The notes under the pieces are model-generated. The model was not told the origin of the DNA. It searched no databases and saw only the letters and a list, made by a program, of their open reading frames with translations. A DNA stretch of 64,000 nucleotides from an uncultured Phycisphaerales bacterium. GTDB lineage: Bacteria; Planctomycetota; Phycisphaerae; SM23-33. Positions 29,091 to 39,003 of the stretch are shown in pieces; the first letter of the stretch is position 1; each line of letters begins with the position of its first letter. The stretch lies in assembly GCA_965369385.1 (NCBI GenBank), contig CBDUQP010000002.1, positions 783-64,782 on the forward strand. Direction: 5' to 3'. The position numbers were made by a program, and so were the translations under genes.

Positions 29091-29626
29091 AAACAAACAC
29101 TCCCGTAAACACCCTGGAAAGCGTCCAGACCCTCGCCCGCAAGGCACTGCCGAAAGATGTGGTCGACAAAATCAATGACGCCCTCAAAGAGGAGCAACCT
29201 CGCGGCAGATTGATCTCCATCCTGCACAAACTCCAAAGCCACGAGGGCTACCTCAGCACAATGCAGATGGACGCTGTAGCCCAACTGCTAGGCGTGCCGA
29301 CCAGCGAGGTCTGCGGGGTAGCTACGTTCTACCATTTCTTCAATCTCGTGAAACCCGGCAGATTCCGGATCAGCGTATGCATGGGCACCGCATGCTATGT
29401 AAAGGGGGCCGACAAGGTGCTGGACAGAATCCAACAGGAGCTTGGCATATCGCTCGGAGAAACCACCCCGGATGGCATGTTCTCGCTGGCACAGGCACGC
29501 TGCCTGGGCACCTGCGGACTCGCACCGATCATTACCGTCAATGAAACAGTCTACGACCGAATAACCGCCGACCAGATCCCGGCAATCATCGACAAATACG
29601 TGACCGAAGCGCACAGCAGCATGTGA
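29087..29626 (+). CDS. hydC: [FeFe]-hydrogenase small thioredoxin-like [2Fe-2S] subunit HydC/HndA (NuoE-like)
   Basis: 179 aa NuoE-like (..CMGTACYVKGADKVLDRIQQELG..CLGTCGLAPIITVNE..). Start overlaps the hydA stop (ATGA). Confidence 0.8.
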   Translation: MKTNTPVNTLESVQTLARKALPKDVVDKINDALKEEQPRGRLISILHKLQSHEGYLSTMQMDAVAQLLGVPTSEVCGVATFYHFFNLVKPGRFRISVCMGTACYVKGADKVLDRIQQELGISLGETTPDGMFSLAQARCLGTCGLAPIITVNETVYDRITADQIPAIIDKYVTEAHSSM

Positions 29627-29651
29627 CGCTCCGGCCATGTATCTTTACGAA

Positions 29652-30758
29652 TTAATCGTCCAGCACACCAGCCAGCAGACCCGTAGACATCGCAGCCGGT
29701 CTTGTCAGCGGAGTGACAATATCTACGTACTTTCCGGTATCGCTTGATGTCCCGAACGCTTCCATTATCTCAAGCACATGGCAGGCAAGATCCCCGCTCG
29801 CCCTGTGCCCGCGGCCAGTCCGTATCGCATGGGCCATATCAGCAAGGCCAACGCTACGGCTCTCCTCCGTGTAGATATGCGTAAGAGGCATCTGGCGTTT
29901 CTCGCCGCCTCTCATCTGCACATGCACATCGCCGCCGAAGCAGTTAGGGTCAGGAACAAACAGCGAGCCCTTACTTCCGTATATTTCGATGTTTGGAAGA
30001 TTCGCGGCACATATGTCAAAGCTCATCACGATTGTCACTACCGCGCCGGACACGAACTGAACCGTGCCGGCCACGTGCGTTGGGACCTCAACATCAATCG
30101 ACTGGCCGAACCTGGGCTCGCAAGTGCATGTGCGAGTATCGAAACTAGCCTGCGACATGCCACACACACGCTTGGCCGGACCAAGCATATTCACCAGAGC
30201 CGTCAGGTAATACGGCCCCATATCCAGCATTGGGCCTCCGCCCGGCTTGTAGTAGAACTCCGGATCGGGATGCCAGCTCTCATGGCCGCGACAGGTCATG
30301 AACGCAACGCCCGCCACCGGCCGCCCGATCCATCCGTCATCAATAATCTTGCGTGCAGTCTGGTGCGATCCACCAAGAAACGTATCCGGCGCACAACCCA
30401 GACGAAGACCCTTCGCCGCCGCCAGTTCAAGCACCTCTCTGCCGTCAGCGTAAGTAGTTGCCAACGGTTTCTCGCTATACACGTGCTTGCCCGCCTCAAG
30501 ACTCGCGATGTCGACTTCCTTATGCACACCCGGAATCGTCAGGTTCAGGATAACCTCTATTTGCTCGTCGGCGAGGACATCTTCTACGCTGCAAACGCGT
30601 CCGATTCCGAACTCCTCGGCCTTGGCTGCTGCACGGGCGGAGTCAATATCCGCGCACGCAACAACGTCCAACACGCCGAATCGCTTCTGGCCACCCAGAT
30701 ACGCCCCGCTGATATTCCCGCAACCGATCACGCCTACTTTTACTGATTCGACACTCAT
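29652..30758 (-). CDS. Gfo/Idh/MocA-family oxidoreductase
   Basis: N-terminal Rossmann VGVIGCGNISGAYLGG... and EKP motif (YSEKPLA). 368 aa. Confidence 0.8.
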   Translation of the reverse strand: MSVESVKVGVIGCGNISGAYLGGQKRFGVLDVVACADIDSARAAAKAEEFGIGRVCSVEDVLADEQIEVILNLTIPGVHKEVDIASLEAGKHVYSEKPLATTYADGREVLELAAAKGLRLGCAPDTFLGGSHQTARKIIDDGWIGRPVAGVAFMTCRGHESWHPDPEFYYKPGGGPMLDMGPYYLTALVNMLGPAKRVCGMSQASFDTRTCTCEPRFGQSIDVEVPTHVAGTVQFVSGAVVTIVMSFDICAANLPNIEIYGSKGSLFVPDPNCFGGDVHVQMRGGEKRQMPLTHIYTEESRSVGLADMAHAIRTGRGHRASGDLACHVLEIMEAFGTSSDTGKYVDIVTPLTRPAAMSTGLLAGVLDD

Positions 30759-30794
30759 TGCACTTGCTCCTATGAGATTAGTCTGTGATGATTG

Positions 30795-31460
30795 CTACTT
30801 GCGGCTGGCAACTGCCCACAACATGCCACGACGCACTATTTCCTTGGCTTCGGGCACGTCGAAGTCCTCAGGCGTGTGGCCGAGCGAACTGTAGAACACG
30901 CGGCCCTTGCCCCACATACGTTTCCACACCACAGGCATGGTGCATCCGTTGAACTCGAACGTGGTCGACGCCAGCACGTGGTTAGATGGGTCCACATGCA
31001 TATAATACTGCTCCGACTCCATATCGAAATAATCCAGACCGGCTGTGATCTCGTCGGCGTGATCAACAACATGAACGCGATAGCGGATAATATTGCCCGG
31101 ATGCGCGACCCACTGGCCGCCTACCATGAACTGATAATCAGTGTTTGCGCGGAAGGAGTCGGCCATTCCGCCGTGCACGCCTGCAATACCAACCCCGCGG
31201 GAAACCGCCTCGTTGAGCCCGGCCCACTGCTCGGCCGATATCTCACCCATCGTCCAGTTGGGGCATACCAGGTCGACGCCGTCCATGAGTTCCTTGTCTG
31301 CATACACTTCCATCGTGTCAGACATCTGCACTGACACACCCTCAGCTTCCAACAGGTCTTTCTGGATATGTGCAACTTCCTTCGGGCTGTGCCCGTCCCA
31401 TCCGCCATACACAATTAACGCTTTCATTATAGCACTCCTGAAGAATTGGCCAATAGACAC
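30795..31460 (-). CDS. ThuA-like (trehalose-utilisation / class-I glutamine amidotransferase-like) protein
   Basis: MKALIVYGGWDGHSPKEVA... ThuA family signature. The true start is probably the internal Met at 31427. Confidence 0.65.
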   Translation of the reverse strand: MSIGQFFRSAIMKALIVYGGWDGHSPKEVAHIQKDLLEAEGVSVQMSDTMEVYADKELMDGVDLVCPNWTMGEISAEQWAGLNEAVSRGVGIAGVHGGMADSFRANTDYQFMVGGQWVAHPGNIIRYRVHVVDHADEITAGLDYFDMESEQYYMHVDPSNHVLASTTFEFNGCTMPVVWKRMWGKGRVFYSSLGHTPEDFDVPEAKEIVRRGMLWAVASRK

Positions 31461-31487
31461 TCTATCACTTCCTGCTCACGATAAAGC

Positions 31488-32354
31488 ATGTTTACACCCG
31501 AAACAATGGACACTATAATCGTTCTTATGGATCATTTTATCACCCACCTTGCCCCGCTGATGCGGTGGTTTCCCTCACGGACGCCGGTTCGGACCATCGG
31601 CCATGACCCCCACAAGACCTCTTGGGTGGATATGACTTTCGACACATTCAACTTCTCACTCATACTCAAAGGCTGCGGCTACTACCACTCTTCTGGGGGC
31701 ATCTGGCGAGTGGAGGCACCGTGCGTGATAACCCAATGGCCCGGTATTCCTGTCCGCTACGGACCTGACGAGGAATGGACCGAGTTGTTCTTCATGTATA
31801 TGCCGGAGAACCTACCTATATTCCGAAATATGGGGTTGGCTGATTCCAGCAGGCCCGCATGGAACATGGCGAGCGACTGTCCGGCCCTTGGCCGAGTGGA
31901 TGAACTGATGGCCCTGGCAAAGGATGCAGAGAAACCCGGCCGCACTGATGAGATAGACCGCCTCTGCGAGTTGGTAGTGGTCGAAAGCCTGCTCAGCCTG
32001 ACGCCGCCAAGTGGCGACAGACACATGCAGGCGATAGAGGCCATCCGCATGATGGTTCACCGCGATTTCCGCAAGCGAATCGACTTTGACAAACTGGCGG
32101 CCGCCCACCACATGAGCCCGGCCACTTTCCGCAGACATTGGCAACGTGTGGTTGGCTGTCCCCCCGGGCAGTACGCATGCTCGCTGCGCATCCAACATAC
32201 TTGCAGATTACTGGCGGAAACCGACCTGCCAATAGGCGAAATAGCATTGCAGGCCGGCTTCGAAGATGCGTTGTATTTCTCACGCCGCTTCGCCCAAACA
32301 ATGCAAATGACCGCCACCGAGTACCGCCGCCTGAACCAGATACGAAATATGTAG
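31488..32354 (+). CDS. AraC-family transcriptional regulator
   Basis: C-terminal AraC HTH (..HMSPATFRRHWQRVVGCPPGQYACSLRIQHTCRLLAETDLPIGEIALQAGFEDALYFSRRFAQTMQMTATEYR), divergent from the thuA-like/gfo pair. Confidence 0.8.
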   Translation: MFTPETMDTIIVLMDHFITHLAPLMRWFPSRTPVRTIGHDPHKTSWVDMTFDTFNFSLILKGCGYYHSSGGIWRVEAPCVITQWPGIPVRYGPDEEWTELFFMYMPENLPIFRNMGLADSSRPAWNMASDCPALGRVDELMALAKDAEKPGRTDEIDRLCELVVVESLLSLTPPSGDRHMQAIEAIRMMVHRDFRKRIDFDKLAAAHHMSPATFRRHWQRVVGCPPGQYACSLRIQHTCRLLAETDLPIGEIALQAGFEDALYFSRRFAQTMQMTATEYRRLNQIRNM

Positions 32355-32482
32355 CAGCCCGTCCTGCGAATCTCCTGCGCTAATCACACGATTTCGTTCA
32401 AGGTTATCGCGACATCACGTGACAGGGTTCGGCCTGCGGGTTATCATGCCGGACAGAATTTACGCGATAAGAGAGAATACCT

Positions 32483-33355
32483 ATGCCTGCTGACAACACA
32501 CCTGCCAACACCGCAGACGAGAACGCACGACGCGAATACTGGACGCAACTGCTGGACCAAGCCGCCGACTTCATGGACGCAATCCGCAACACGCCCGTAA
32601 GCGAGTGCAACCAGCCCGTAGTCTATATGCCTGATGCCGCCAAGAACGCCGGCATCGAGATAACGTTCTCCACAATACCCTATCCCATAGATGCCGAGCG
32701 AATGTTCTACATACGTGAAGGAATCATCGGCGACCTGCTGAGCGTGGCCGAGGCAATGAACCGCCGCGGGTGGGTGCTGCATATTGAAGATGCCTATCGA
32801 TCAGTTCAGGTTCAACGCGAACTTGGCTGCCAGGACTATACGTTTGACGTGATTCTCCACCGTGTAATGTGGGAACTGCGAGGCGAGCTGCCAACGCCTG
32901 AATTCATGGCACGCCGCGCGGCCGGGCTGATAGCCGACTCGCCAAAAGTCGGCACGCACATGTCGGCATCGGCTGTGGATATCTCGGTATTCCGCAAGGC
33001 AGACGGCAGCGAAGTCAGCCGCGGCTTCCCCTACCTTGAGATGACCGCCTCTACGCCAATGCAATCCCCATTCGTAGACGCCGATGCCCGTCGGAATCGT
33101 GATGAGATAACGGACATGTTTGCTCAGTTCGGCTTCGTGACATACCCCTATGAATTCTGGCATTACAACAAGCACGACGCCTACCATGCCCACTTGACCG
33201 ATGGCGAAATTCCCGCCCGCTACGGTGCGGTTGACGCGGACCTGGCAACAGGCCTCGTAACGCCCATCGCAAACCCGACCGACCTGCTGGTCTCGCTGGA
33301 CGAGACAACGCAAATGATAGGCACCGCCCTGGCGAAACTTCGCACCCGTAAGTAA
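32483..33355 (+). CDS. D-Ala-D-Ala dipeptidase-like zinc peptidase (VanX/DdpX, M15D family)
   Basis: VanX-type motifs GTHMSASAVDIS (SxHxxGxAxD) and EFWHY (ExxH). Confidence 0.65.
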   Translation: MPADNTPANTADENARREYWTQLLDQAADFMDAIRNTPVSECNQPVVYMPDAAKNAGIEITFSTIPYPIDAERMFYIREGIIGDLLSVAEAMNRRGWVLHIEDAYRSVQVQRELGCQDYTFDVILHRVMWELRGELPTPEFMARRAAGLIADSPKVGTHMSASAVDISVFRKADGSEVSRGFPYLEMTASTPMQSPFVDADARRNRDEITDMFAQFGFVTYPYEFWHYNKHDAYHAHLTDGEIPARYGAVDADLATGLVTPIANPTDLLVSLDETTQMIGTALAKLRTRK

Positions 33356-33364
33356 GCTCTCGAA

Positions 33365-33576
33365 TCAGAGTCTCGGAAGATTCTTGTTGCGGTACACGCT
33401 GGGGGTGCAGTTCATGTGGTTCTTGAATGCGCGGCAGAAGTGTGCAACGTCTTCATAGCCCACGCGCCTGGCGATTTCCTTGATCGGCATCACGGTTTCT
33501 GCCAGCCATCGCACGGCCGCCGCCATCCGCATCTTCAGCAATAACGCCCCCGGCGAAATCCCGCAGCGTTGCCATC
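33365..33576 (-). pseudogene. AraC-family regulator C-terminal remnant (second HTH only, no start codon, stop immediately upstream)
   Basis: Manual reverse-strand translation: *PRRRWQRCGISPGALLLKMRMAAAVRWLAETVMPIKEIARRVGYEDVAHFCRAFKNHMNCTPSVYRNKNLPRL*. Confidence 0.55.
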
Positions 33577-33721
33577 TTCGACGCGGTCAAGAACTACAGG
33601 AAATAACAATATCTGCCAGACGCCGCGAGCCCAACCGGCAGCTAACGCCGGCACCTGAACTGGACCGGCCCCAGGCCGATATCCAGTTCGAGTTTGGCAG
33701 CACGTTCGGTGTAGCGATGCC

Positions 33722-34609
33722 TCATGAATAATCGTAGAAACCGCTGCCGGTCTTCTTGCCCAGCTTGCCTGCTGACACCATTTCGCACAGCAGTCCGCAC
33801 GGTTTGTACTTCGGATCGTCAAGTTGCGTCGCCAGCGACTCAAGAATGTCGACTACGATGTCAATACCGATCAGATCCGCAAGCGCCAGCGGCCCCATCG
33901 GGTGGGCTGCCCCCAGCATCATCGCGGTGTCAATGTCGGCTGGGCTGGCCACTTTCTCGGCGGCGGCGTGTGCTGCTTCGTTTATCAGGGGTATCACCAG
34001 CCGATTCACCACGAAACCCGGCGATTCGCTGACCTGAACTGGAGTCTTGCCGACAGCTTCCACAAAAGCCATCGCTTCCTTTACGGTTGGCTCGCTGGTG
34101 GCCGACCCGCACACAATCTCAACCAGCTTCATCGCAGGCACGGGATTAAAGAAGTGCATCCCCACCACCCTGCCCGGATCGCCGCATGCCGACGCGATAT
34201 CGCTGATGCTGAGCGCCGATGTGTTCGTCGCCAATATCGCAGCCGGATCGCATATCCTGTCCAATTCAGCGAAGAGTGCTTTCTTGGCGTCAAGGTCTTC
34301 TATGATAGCTTCTATCACAAGCCCCGCGCCCGCTGCCTTCTGGACATCGCTCACAGCCGACAGCTTCGCCAGTGTGGCATCCATCTGCTCGGGCGTGATC
34401 TTCTCGCGATCCACCGCACGCTGCAAACTACCGCGTATCTTGCCTATCGCTGCGTCGGCCAGTTCGTCACTCACTTCGCAAATCACCGCCGCGATCCCCG
34501 AAGCCGCGATAGTCTGGGCAATGCCCCGCCCCATCGTTCCGCCACCAATAACGCATACACGCTCAATCATGTTATACTCCTGCTCGCAGTCTCTACGCCC
34601 GCTGCACAA
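33722..34609 (-). CDS. hbd: 3-hydroxybutyryl-CoA dehydrogenase
   Basis: [19 protein letters not shown]... NAD-binding and 3HCDH C-terminal domains. The likely start is the internal Met (34570). Confidence 0.85.
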   Translation of the reverse strand: MCSGRRDCEQEYNMIERVCVIGGGTMGRGIAQTIAASGIAAVICEVSDELADAAIGKIRGSLQRAVDREKITPEQMDATLAKLSAVSDVQKAAGAGLVIEAIIEDLDAKKALFAELDRICDPAAILATNTSALSISDIASACGDPGRVVGMHFFNPVPAMKLVEIVCGSATSEPTVKEAMAFVEAVGKTPVQVSESPGFVVNRLVIPLINEAAHAAAEKVASPADIDTAMMLGAAHPMGPLALADLIGIDIVVDILESLATQLDDPKYKPCGLLCEMVSAGKLGKKTGSGFYDYS

Positions 34610-35855
34610 CCATCGTCACGCCCTCGCCGCCGCCAATGCACAACGACGCCAGACCATACTTGGACTCCCGCTTCTGCATCTCGTGCAGCAGCGTTACCAG
34701 AATCCGCGTTCCGCTGGCACCGATCGGATGGCCCAGCGCTATGGCGCCGCCATTGACGTTCACGCGGTCCATATCAGGTTCCAGTTCCCTGGCTACCGCC
34801 AATGACTGTGCTGCAAACGCCTCGTTGAACTCCATGAGATCCATATCCGACAGCTTCAGCCCTGCGATATCCAATGCCTTGCGCGTGGCGGGCACGGGGC
34901 CAATGCCCATTAGCGCCGGGTCCACACCGGCAGATGCATATGCCTTGATCGTACACATAACCGCCAGACCAAGTTCGTCTGCCTTCTGGCGTGACATCAC
35001 CATCACAGCGGCCGCGCCATCATTAATGCCCGATGCGTTACCGGCAGTTACCGTACCACCTTTCTTAAACGCTGCCCGCAGACCTGCAAGCTTCTCTGCG
35101 GTGCTGCTGGGTTTGGGGTATTCATCGGTATCGAAGACAATTGGATCGGCCTTTCGCTGCGGGATTTCAACAGGCGTAATCTCATCTGCGAATTTGCCTG
35201 CTTCCATGGCGGCTGCACATTTTGCCTGACTGTCGGCAGCAAAGGCGTCCTGTTGCTCACGGCTGATATCGTACTTTCCCGCAAGGTTCTCCGCGGTAAT
35301 ACCCATGTGATAATCGTTGTAGGCATCCCACAAACCGTCACGGATCATGGAATCCACCAGTTCGCCATGGCCCAGGCGATAACCATCGCGAGCCTTGTCG
35401 AGCAGGTATCTAGCCTGGTTCATATTCTCCATTCCACCGGCGATAATCACATCGGCGTCACCCGCCTTAATCGCCTGGGCGGCCAGGCATACCGCCTTCA
35501 GACCCGAACCGCACACCTTGTTTACCGACCATGCTGAAGACTCAACCGGCAAGCCTGCCGCCAACGCCGCCTGCCTTGCCGGGTTCTGCCCGCAACCGGC
35601 TTGGAGTACCTGGCCGAGAATCACGTCATCCACTGCAGCAGCTTCAACGCCTGTCTTGGCAAGCACATCAGCAATAACCTTACTGCCAAGAGCCGACGCA
35701 CTCATGGAACCAAGCGCCCCGGCGAACGCGCCGATTGCCGTCCTGCATGCACATACGATTACCGGATCTTTCATTAGACACTCTCCTTCTTCACCCAGCC
35801 GTAAACCGGCGCGATGAGAAAACAATATTGACGTTTGTGTCTTCTCAGGATACAC
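34593..35855 (-). CDS. Acetyl-CoA C-acetyltransferase (thiolase II)
   Basis: Thiolase signatures (..[12 protein letters not shown].., ..[15 protein letters not shown].., C-terminal [13 protein letters not shown]). The likely true start is MKDPVIVCA (~35774). Confidence 0.9.
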   Translation of the reverse strand: MYPEKTQTSILFSHRAGLRLGEEGECLMKDPVIVCACRTAIGAFAGALGSMSASALGSKVIADVLAKTGVEAAAVDDVILGQVLQAGCGQNPARQAALAAGLPVESSAWSVNKVCGSGLKAVCLAAQAIKAGDADVIIAGGMENMNQARYLLDKARDGYRLGHGELVDSMIRDGLWDAYNDYHMGITAENLAGKYDISREQQDAFAADSQAKCAAAMEAGKFADEITPVEIPQRKADPIVFDTDEYPKPSSTAEKLAGLRAAFKKGGTVTAGNASGINDGAAAVMVMSRQKADELGLAVMCTIKAYASAGVDPALMGIGPVPATRKALDIAGLKLSDMDLMEFNEAFAAQSLAVARELEPDMDRVNVNGGAIALGHPIGASGTRILVTLLHEMQKRESKYGLASLCIGGGEGVTMVVQRA

Positions 35856-36424
35856 TGTTTCCTATGAAAGAACAAGCCATCGCGCAGAATATTCGCCGAC
35901 TTCGCACGCGGGCAGAGATGACCCTCGAAGAAGCCGCACAACACGCCGACCTCACCAAAAGCGCGCTGTCCAAAATAGAACGGGGACAGATTTCACCGCC
36001 GATCAGCACCATGCTTCGAATCGCAGCCGCTATCGGAGTATCAATAACGGACTTCTTCGTAGCCGAAGAGCAGGAACCGATTTACGTAGTCACCCGCAAG
36101 AACCAGGGCGACATGGTGAGTCGCGACGGAAACCAGTTCGGCTATGCGTACGAGGCGTTGGGCCTGCGGAAGCGAGACAAGGCGGCTGAGCCTTTCGTAA
36201 TAACCATCAATCCGGGTGACCCCTCGGGCGAATTCCACCATGAAGGCGATGAGTTCATTTACATGCTCTCGGGGCAAATGGAACTGACCGTCGATGACGA
36301 TCCCATAGAACTCAAGGCCGGCGATTCACTCTACTTCGATTCTTCACACGCACACAAGACACGCGTATGCGGCAAAAAGCCAGCCAAGTTCGTGTGCGTA
36401 TTCGTCCGAAAAAATACCAACTGA
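35735..36424 (+). CDS. XRE-family HTH regulator with C-terminal cupin domain
   Basis: HTH_3 (..[60 protein letters not shown]) plus cupin (..[22 protein letters not shown]). The true start is probably MKEQ (~35864). Divergent from the thiolase-hbd pair. Confidence 0.75.
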   Translation: MPSCMHIRLPDLSLDTLLLHPAVNRRDEKTILTFVSSQDTLFPMKEQAIAQNIRRLRTRAEMTLEEAAQHADLTKSALSKIERGQISPPISTMLRIAAAIGVSITDFFVAEEQEPIYVVTRKNQGDMVSRDGNQFGYAYEALGLRKRDKAAEPFVITINPGDPSGEFHHEGDEFIYMLSGQMELTVDDDPIELKAGDSLYFDSSHAHKTRVCGKKPAKFVCVFVRKNTN

Positions 36425-37191
36425 AGATACCAGGAGAGAACATGATACAGATAGACCTGTCAGGAAAGACCGCAGTAATCACCGGCGCAAGCCAGGGCCT
36501 GGGCGCAACGACGGCCCGCGTGCTGCACGAAGCCGGCGCTAACGTGGTAATCAACTACTTCGACGATGCCGAAGGTGCAAACAAGGCAAACGCGCAACAA
36601 CTCGCCGATTCGCTCGGTGATCGCGCTATGCCCATCGCTGCCGACGTTACAGACCTCCCCGCCGTCGAGGCAATGTTCCAGGCCGCTGTCGAGAAATTCG
36701 GCACTGTGGATATCGCCGTAAATAACGCTGGCATCGTCCGCGACCGCACCGCCAAGAAGATGTCCGAGCAGGACTGGCAGATGGTGATAGACACCAATCT
36801 CACCGGCGTTTTCCACGTCTGCAAGACGGCGGCAGGCACACTCGCCGAAGGCGGCCGGATAGTAAACCTGTCCTCAATCTCCGGCCAGATCGGTCTGTTC
36901 GGGCAGTGCAACTACGCTGCCGCCAAAGCGGGCGTAATGGGCCTGACGAAGGTCGTCGCCAAAGAAGTTTCCCGCCGAGGAATCACGGTGAACGCCGTTG
37001 CACCGGGCGTGGTGCTCACCGATATGGGCCTGTCGATTCCCGAAGCGGTTCGCGATGAAATGCTGAAGCTCGTCCCACTCGGCCGCTTTGGCGAGCCCCG
37101 TGAAATCTCCAACGTGATACTCTTCCTCTGCAGCGATCTGGCGTCCTACATGACCGGGCAGGTGCTGCACATAAACGGAGGTTGGATTTAA
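36367..37191 (+). CDS. SDR-family oxidoreductase (3-oxoacyl/acetoacetyl-CoA reductase-like)
   Basis: TGASQGLG cofactor motif, NNAG and YAAAK catalytic motifs. The likely start is MIQIDLSGK at 36442. Confidence 0.8.
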   Translation: MRQKASQVRVRIRPKKYQLKIPGENMIQIDLSGKTAVITGASQGLGATTARVLHEAGANVVINYFDDAEGANKANAQQLADSLGDRAMPIAADVTDLPAVEAMFQAAVEKFGTVDIAVNNAGIVRDRTAKKMSEQDWQMVIDTNLTGVFHVCKTAAGTLAEGGRIVNLSSISGQIGLFGQCNYAAAKAGVMGLTKVVAKEVSRRGITVNAVAPGVVLTDMGLSIPEAVRDEMLKLVPLGRFGEPREISNVILFLCSDLASYMTGQVLHINGGWI

Positions 37192-38741
37192 TGGCCGACC
37201 CACGCGACAGCAAGCTCTGCACCGCAGACCAAGCCGCAGCACTCGTTAAGGATGGCGACACGATAGCCTCTGGCGGATTCGTGGGCGCATGCCACCCCGA
37301 AGCGTTGTCGGCCGCCATCGAGCGAAGATTCCACAAAACCGGTCAGCCCCGGGATCTGACAGTGGCATACGCGGCCGGACAAGGCGACGGCAAGACTCGC
37401 GGCGCCAACCATTTTGCAGTTCCCGGACTGCTCAAACGCGTTATCGGCGGACACTGGGGACTGGCGCCCGCACTAGGCAAGATGGCGATAGAAGGCCAGA
37501 TCGAAGCATACAATTTCCCCCAGGGCGTTATATGCCAACTATTCCGCGACATCGCTGCCGGTCGCCCCGGATGCATCACTCACATAGGTCTCAATACTTT
37601 TGTGGATCCTGATATCGACGGCGGGCGGCTTAATTCCAACACGCCCGAAGACATGGTCGAGCGCGTTGAACTGGGCGGAAAGACGTGGCTGTGGTACAAG
37701 GCCTTCCCGATAACTATCGGCCTGATCCGCGCGACCGGCGCCGACCCTACCGGCAACATAATCATGAATCGCGAAGCCATCTTCGGAGAAGCGCTCGCGA
37801 TAGCGCAGGCCGTGCACAACTCAGGCGGAATTGTAATCGCCCAGGTCAGCGAACTGCTTGATCAGCCGATCGAGCCCCAACAGGTGATAGTGCCCGGCAT
37901 ACTGATCGACAGGATCGTGGTATCCGAGCCTCACGAGCACGAACAGACATTCGCCGAGGCGTACAATTGGCGATACTGTGCCTCGCAGCCGGCAGATGAA
38001 GCACCGGGGGGCCATCTGGAGCCGATGGAGCTGAATGAACGCAGGATCGTCTGCGCTCGCGCTTGCCAGGAAGTGCCCGAAAACGCGATTGCGAATCTCG
38101 GTATCGGCATGCCCGAAGGCATCGCCCGAATCGCCGCGGAGCAGGGTATTCTGAGCAAATTCACGCTGACGGTCGAAAGTGGACCGATTGGCGGAATACC
38201 GGCCGGCGGTATGAGCTTCGGAGCGTCCGTACACCCCGAAGCAGTGGTAGGCCAGCCAGAACAGTTCGACCTGTACGATGGCGGCGGCTTGGATTACGCA
38301 GCCCTCGGGGCCGCACAGATAGATGCACGCGGCAACGTGAACGTGTCAAAGTTCGGAACGCGCGTGCCGGGAATCGGCGGATTCGTCAATATCTCACAAA
38401 CTGCCAAACTGCTGGTTTTCTGCGGATCATTCACAGCCGGCGGTCTGAAGGTTGCAGTCGAAGGCGGCGAGTTGAAGATCATCCAGGAAGGCAAGGCACG
38501 TAAATTCGTCCAGACAGTCGAGCAAATATCATACAATGCTGATTACGCAATGCAGATCGGCCAGCAGGTGCTTTACGTAACCGAGCGTGCAGTGTTCACG
38601 CTGACGGCAGATGGATTGGAACTAACCGAAGTAGCCCCCGGCATAGATATCCAGACGCAGATTCTGGACTTGATGGACTTCAAGCCCATCATCAACAGCC
38701 CCACAACCATGGCCGCCAAGCTGTTCGCAGCCCCCAGCTAG
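37182..38741 (+). CDS. Acyl-CoA:acetate/3-ketoacid CoA-transferase, fused alpha/beta subunits (YdiF-like)
   Basis: 519 aa family I CoA-transferase with fused A and B halves. The likely start is ATG 37191 (MADPRDSK). Confidence 0.7.
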   Translation: MDLMADPRDSKLCTADQAAALVKDGDTIASGGFVGACHPEALSAAIERRFHKTGQPRDLTVAYAAGQGDGKTRGANHFAVPGLLKRVIGGHWGLAPALGKMAIEGQIEAYNFPQGVICQLFRDIAAGRPGCITHIGLNTFVDPDIDGGRLNSNTPEDMVERVELGGKTWLWYKAFPITIGLIRATGADPTGNIIMNREAIFGEALAIAQAVHNSGGIVIAQVSELLDQPIEPQQVIVPGILIDRIVVSEPHEHEQTFAEAYNWRYCASQPADEAPGGHLEPMELNERRIVCARACQEVPENAIANLGIGMPEGIARIAAEQGILSKFTLTVESGPIGGIPAGGMSFGASVHPEAVVGQPEQFDLYDGGGLDYAALGAAQIDARGNVNVSKFGTRVPGIGGFVNISQTAKLLVFCGSFTAGGLKVAVEGGELKIIQEGKARKFVQTVEQISYNADYAMQIGQQVLYVTERAVFTLTADGLELTEVAPGIDIQTQILDLMDFKPIINSPTTMAAKLFAAPS

Positions 38742-38754
38742 TGTTCAGCGATAG

Positions 38755-38937
38755 CACGCATAAGCGAAAATGGGAAGCGAAAATGGGGACTGTACCGATT
38801 CTGGGACTGTCCCCACTTTCGCGTCGTGCGCTATCTGACGCAGCATACGCTATCGACCGCAAAAGCGGGGACAGTCCCAACATCGGGACAGTCCCCGTTT
38901 TTGCTCGTCTTTGATCCGTCCCCGCCACATGTGGAGA
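38755..38937. repeat. REP/BIME-like structured repeat, copy A (two inverted ~46-bp arms, each built from GGGGAC(A/T)GTCCCC palindromes)
   Basis: Arm 1 is GCGAAAATGGGGACTGTACCGATTCTGGGACTGTCCCCACTTTCGCG at 38777-38823. Arm 2 is its near reverse complement at 38859-38904. Sits immediately after the CoA-transferase stop. Near-identical copies at 41200-41390, 42646-42756 and partially at 49641-49734. Confidence 0.8.
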
Positions 38938-39003
38938 CGGGGCGGCTGCCATTCAGAGAGAATCGCAACCGCCCCGCTCTTGTCTACCGCTATAATCAGT
39001 AAT

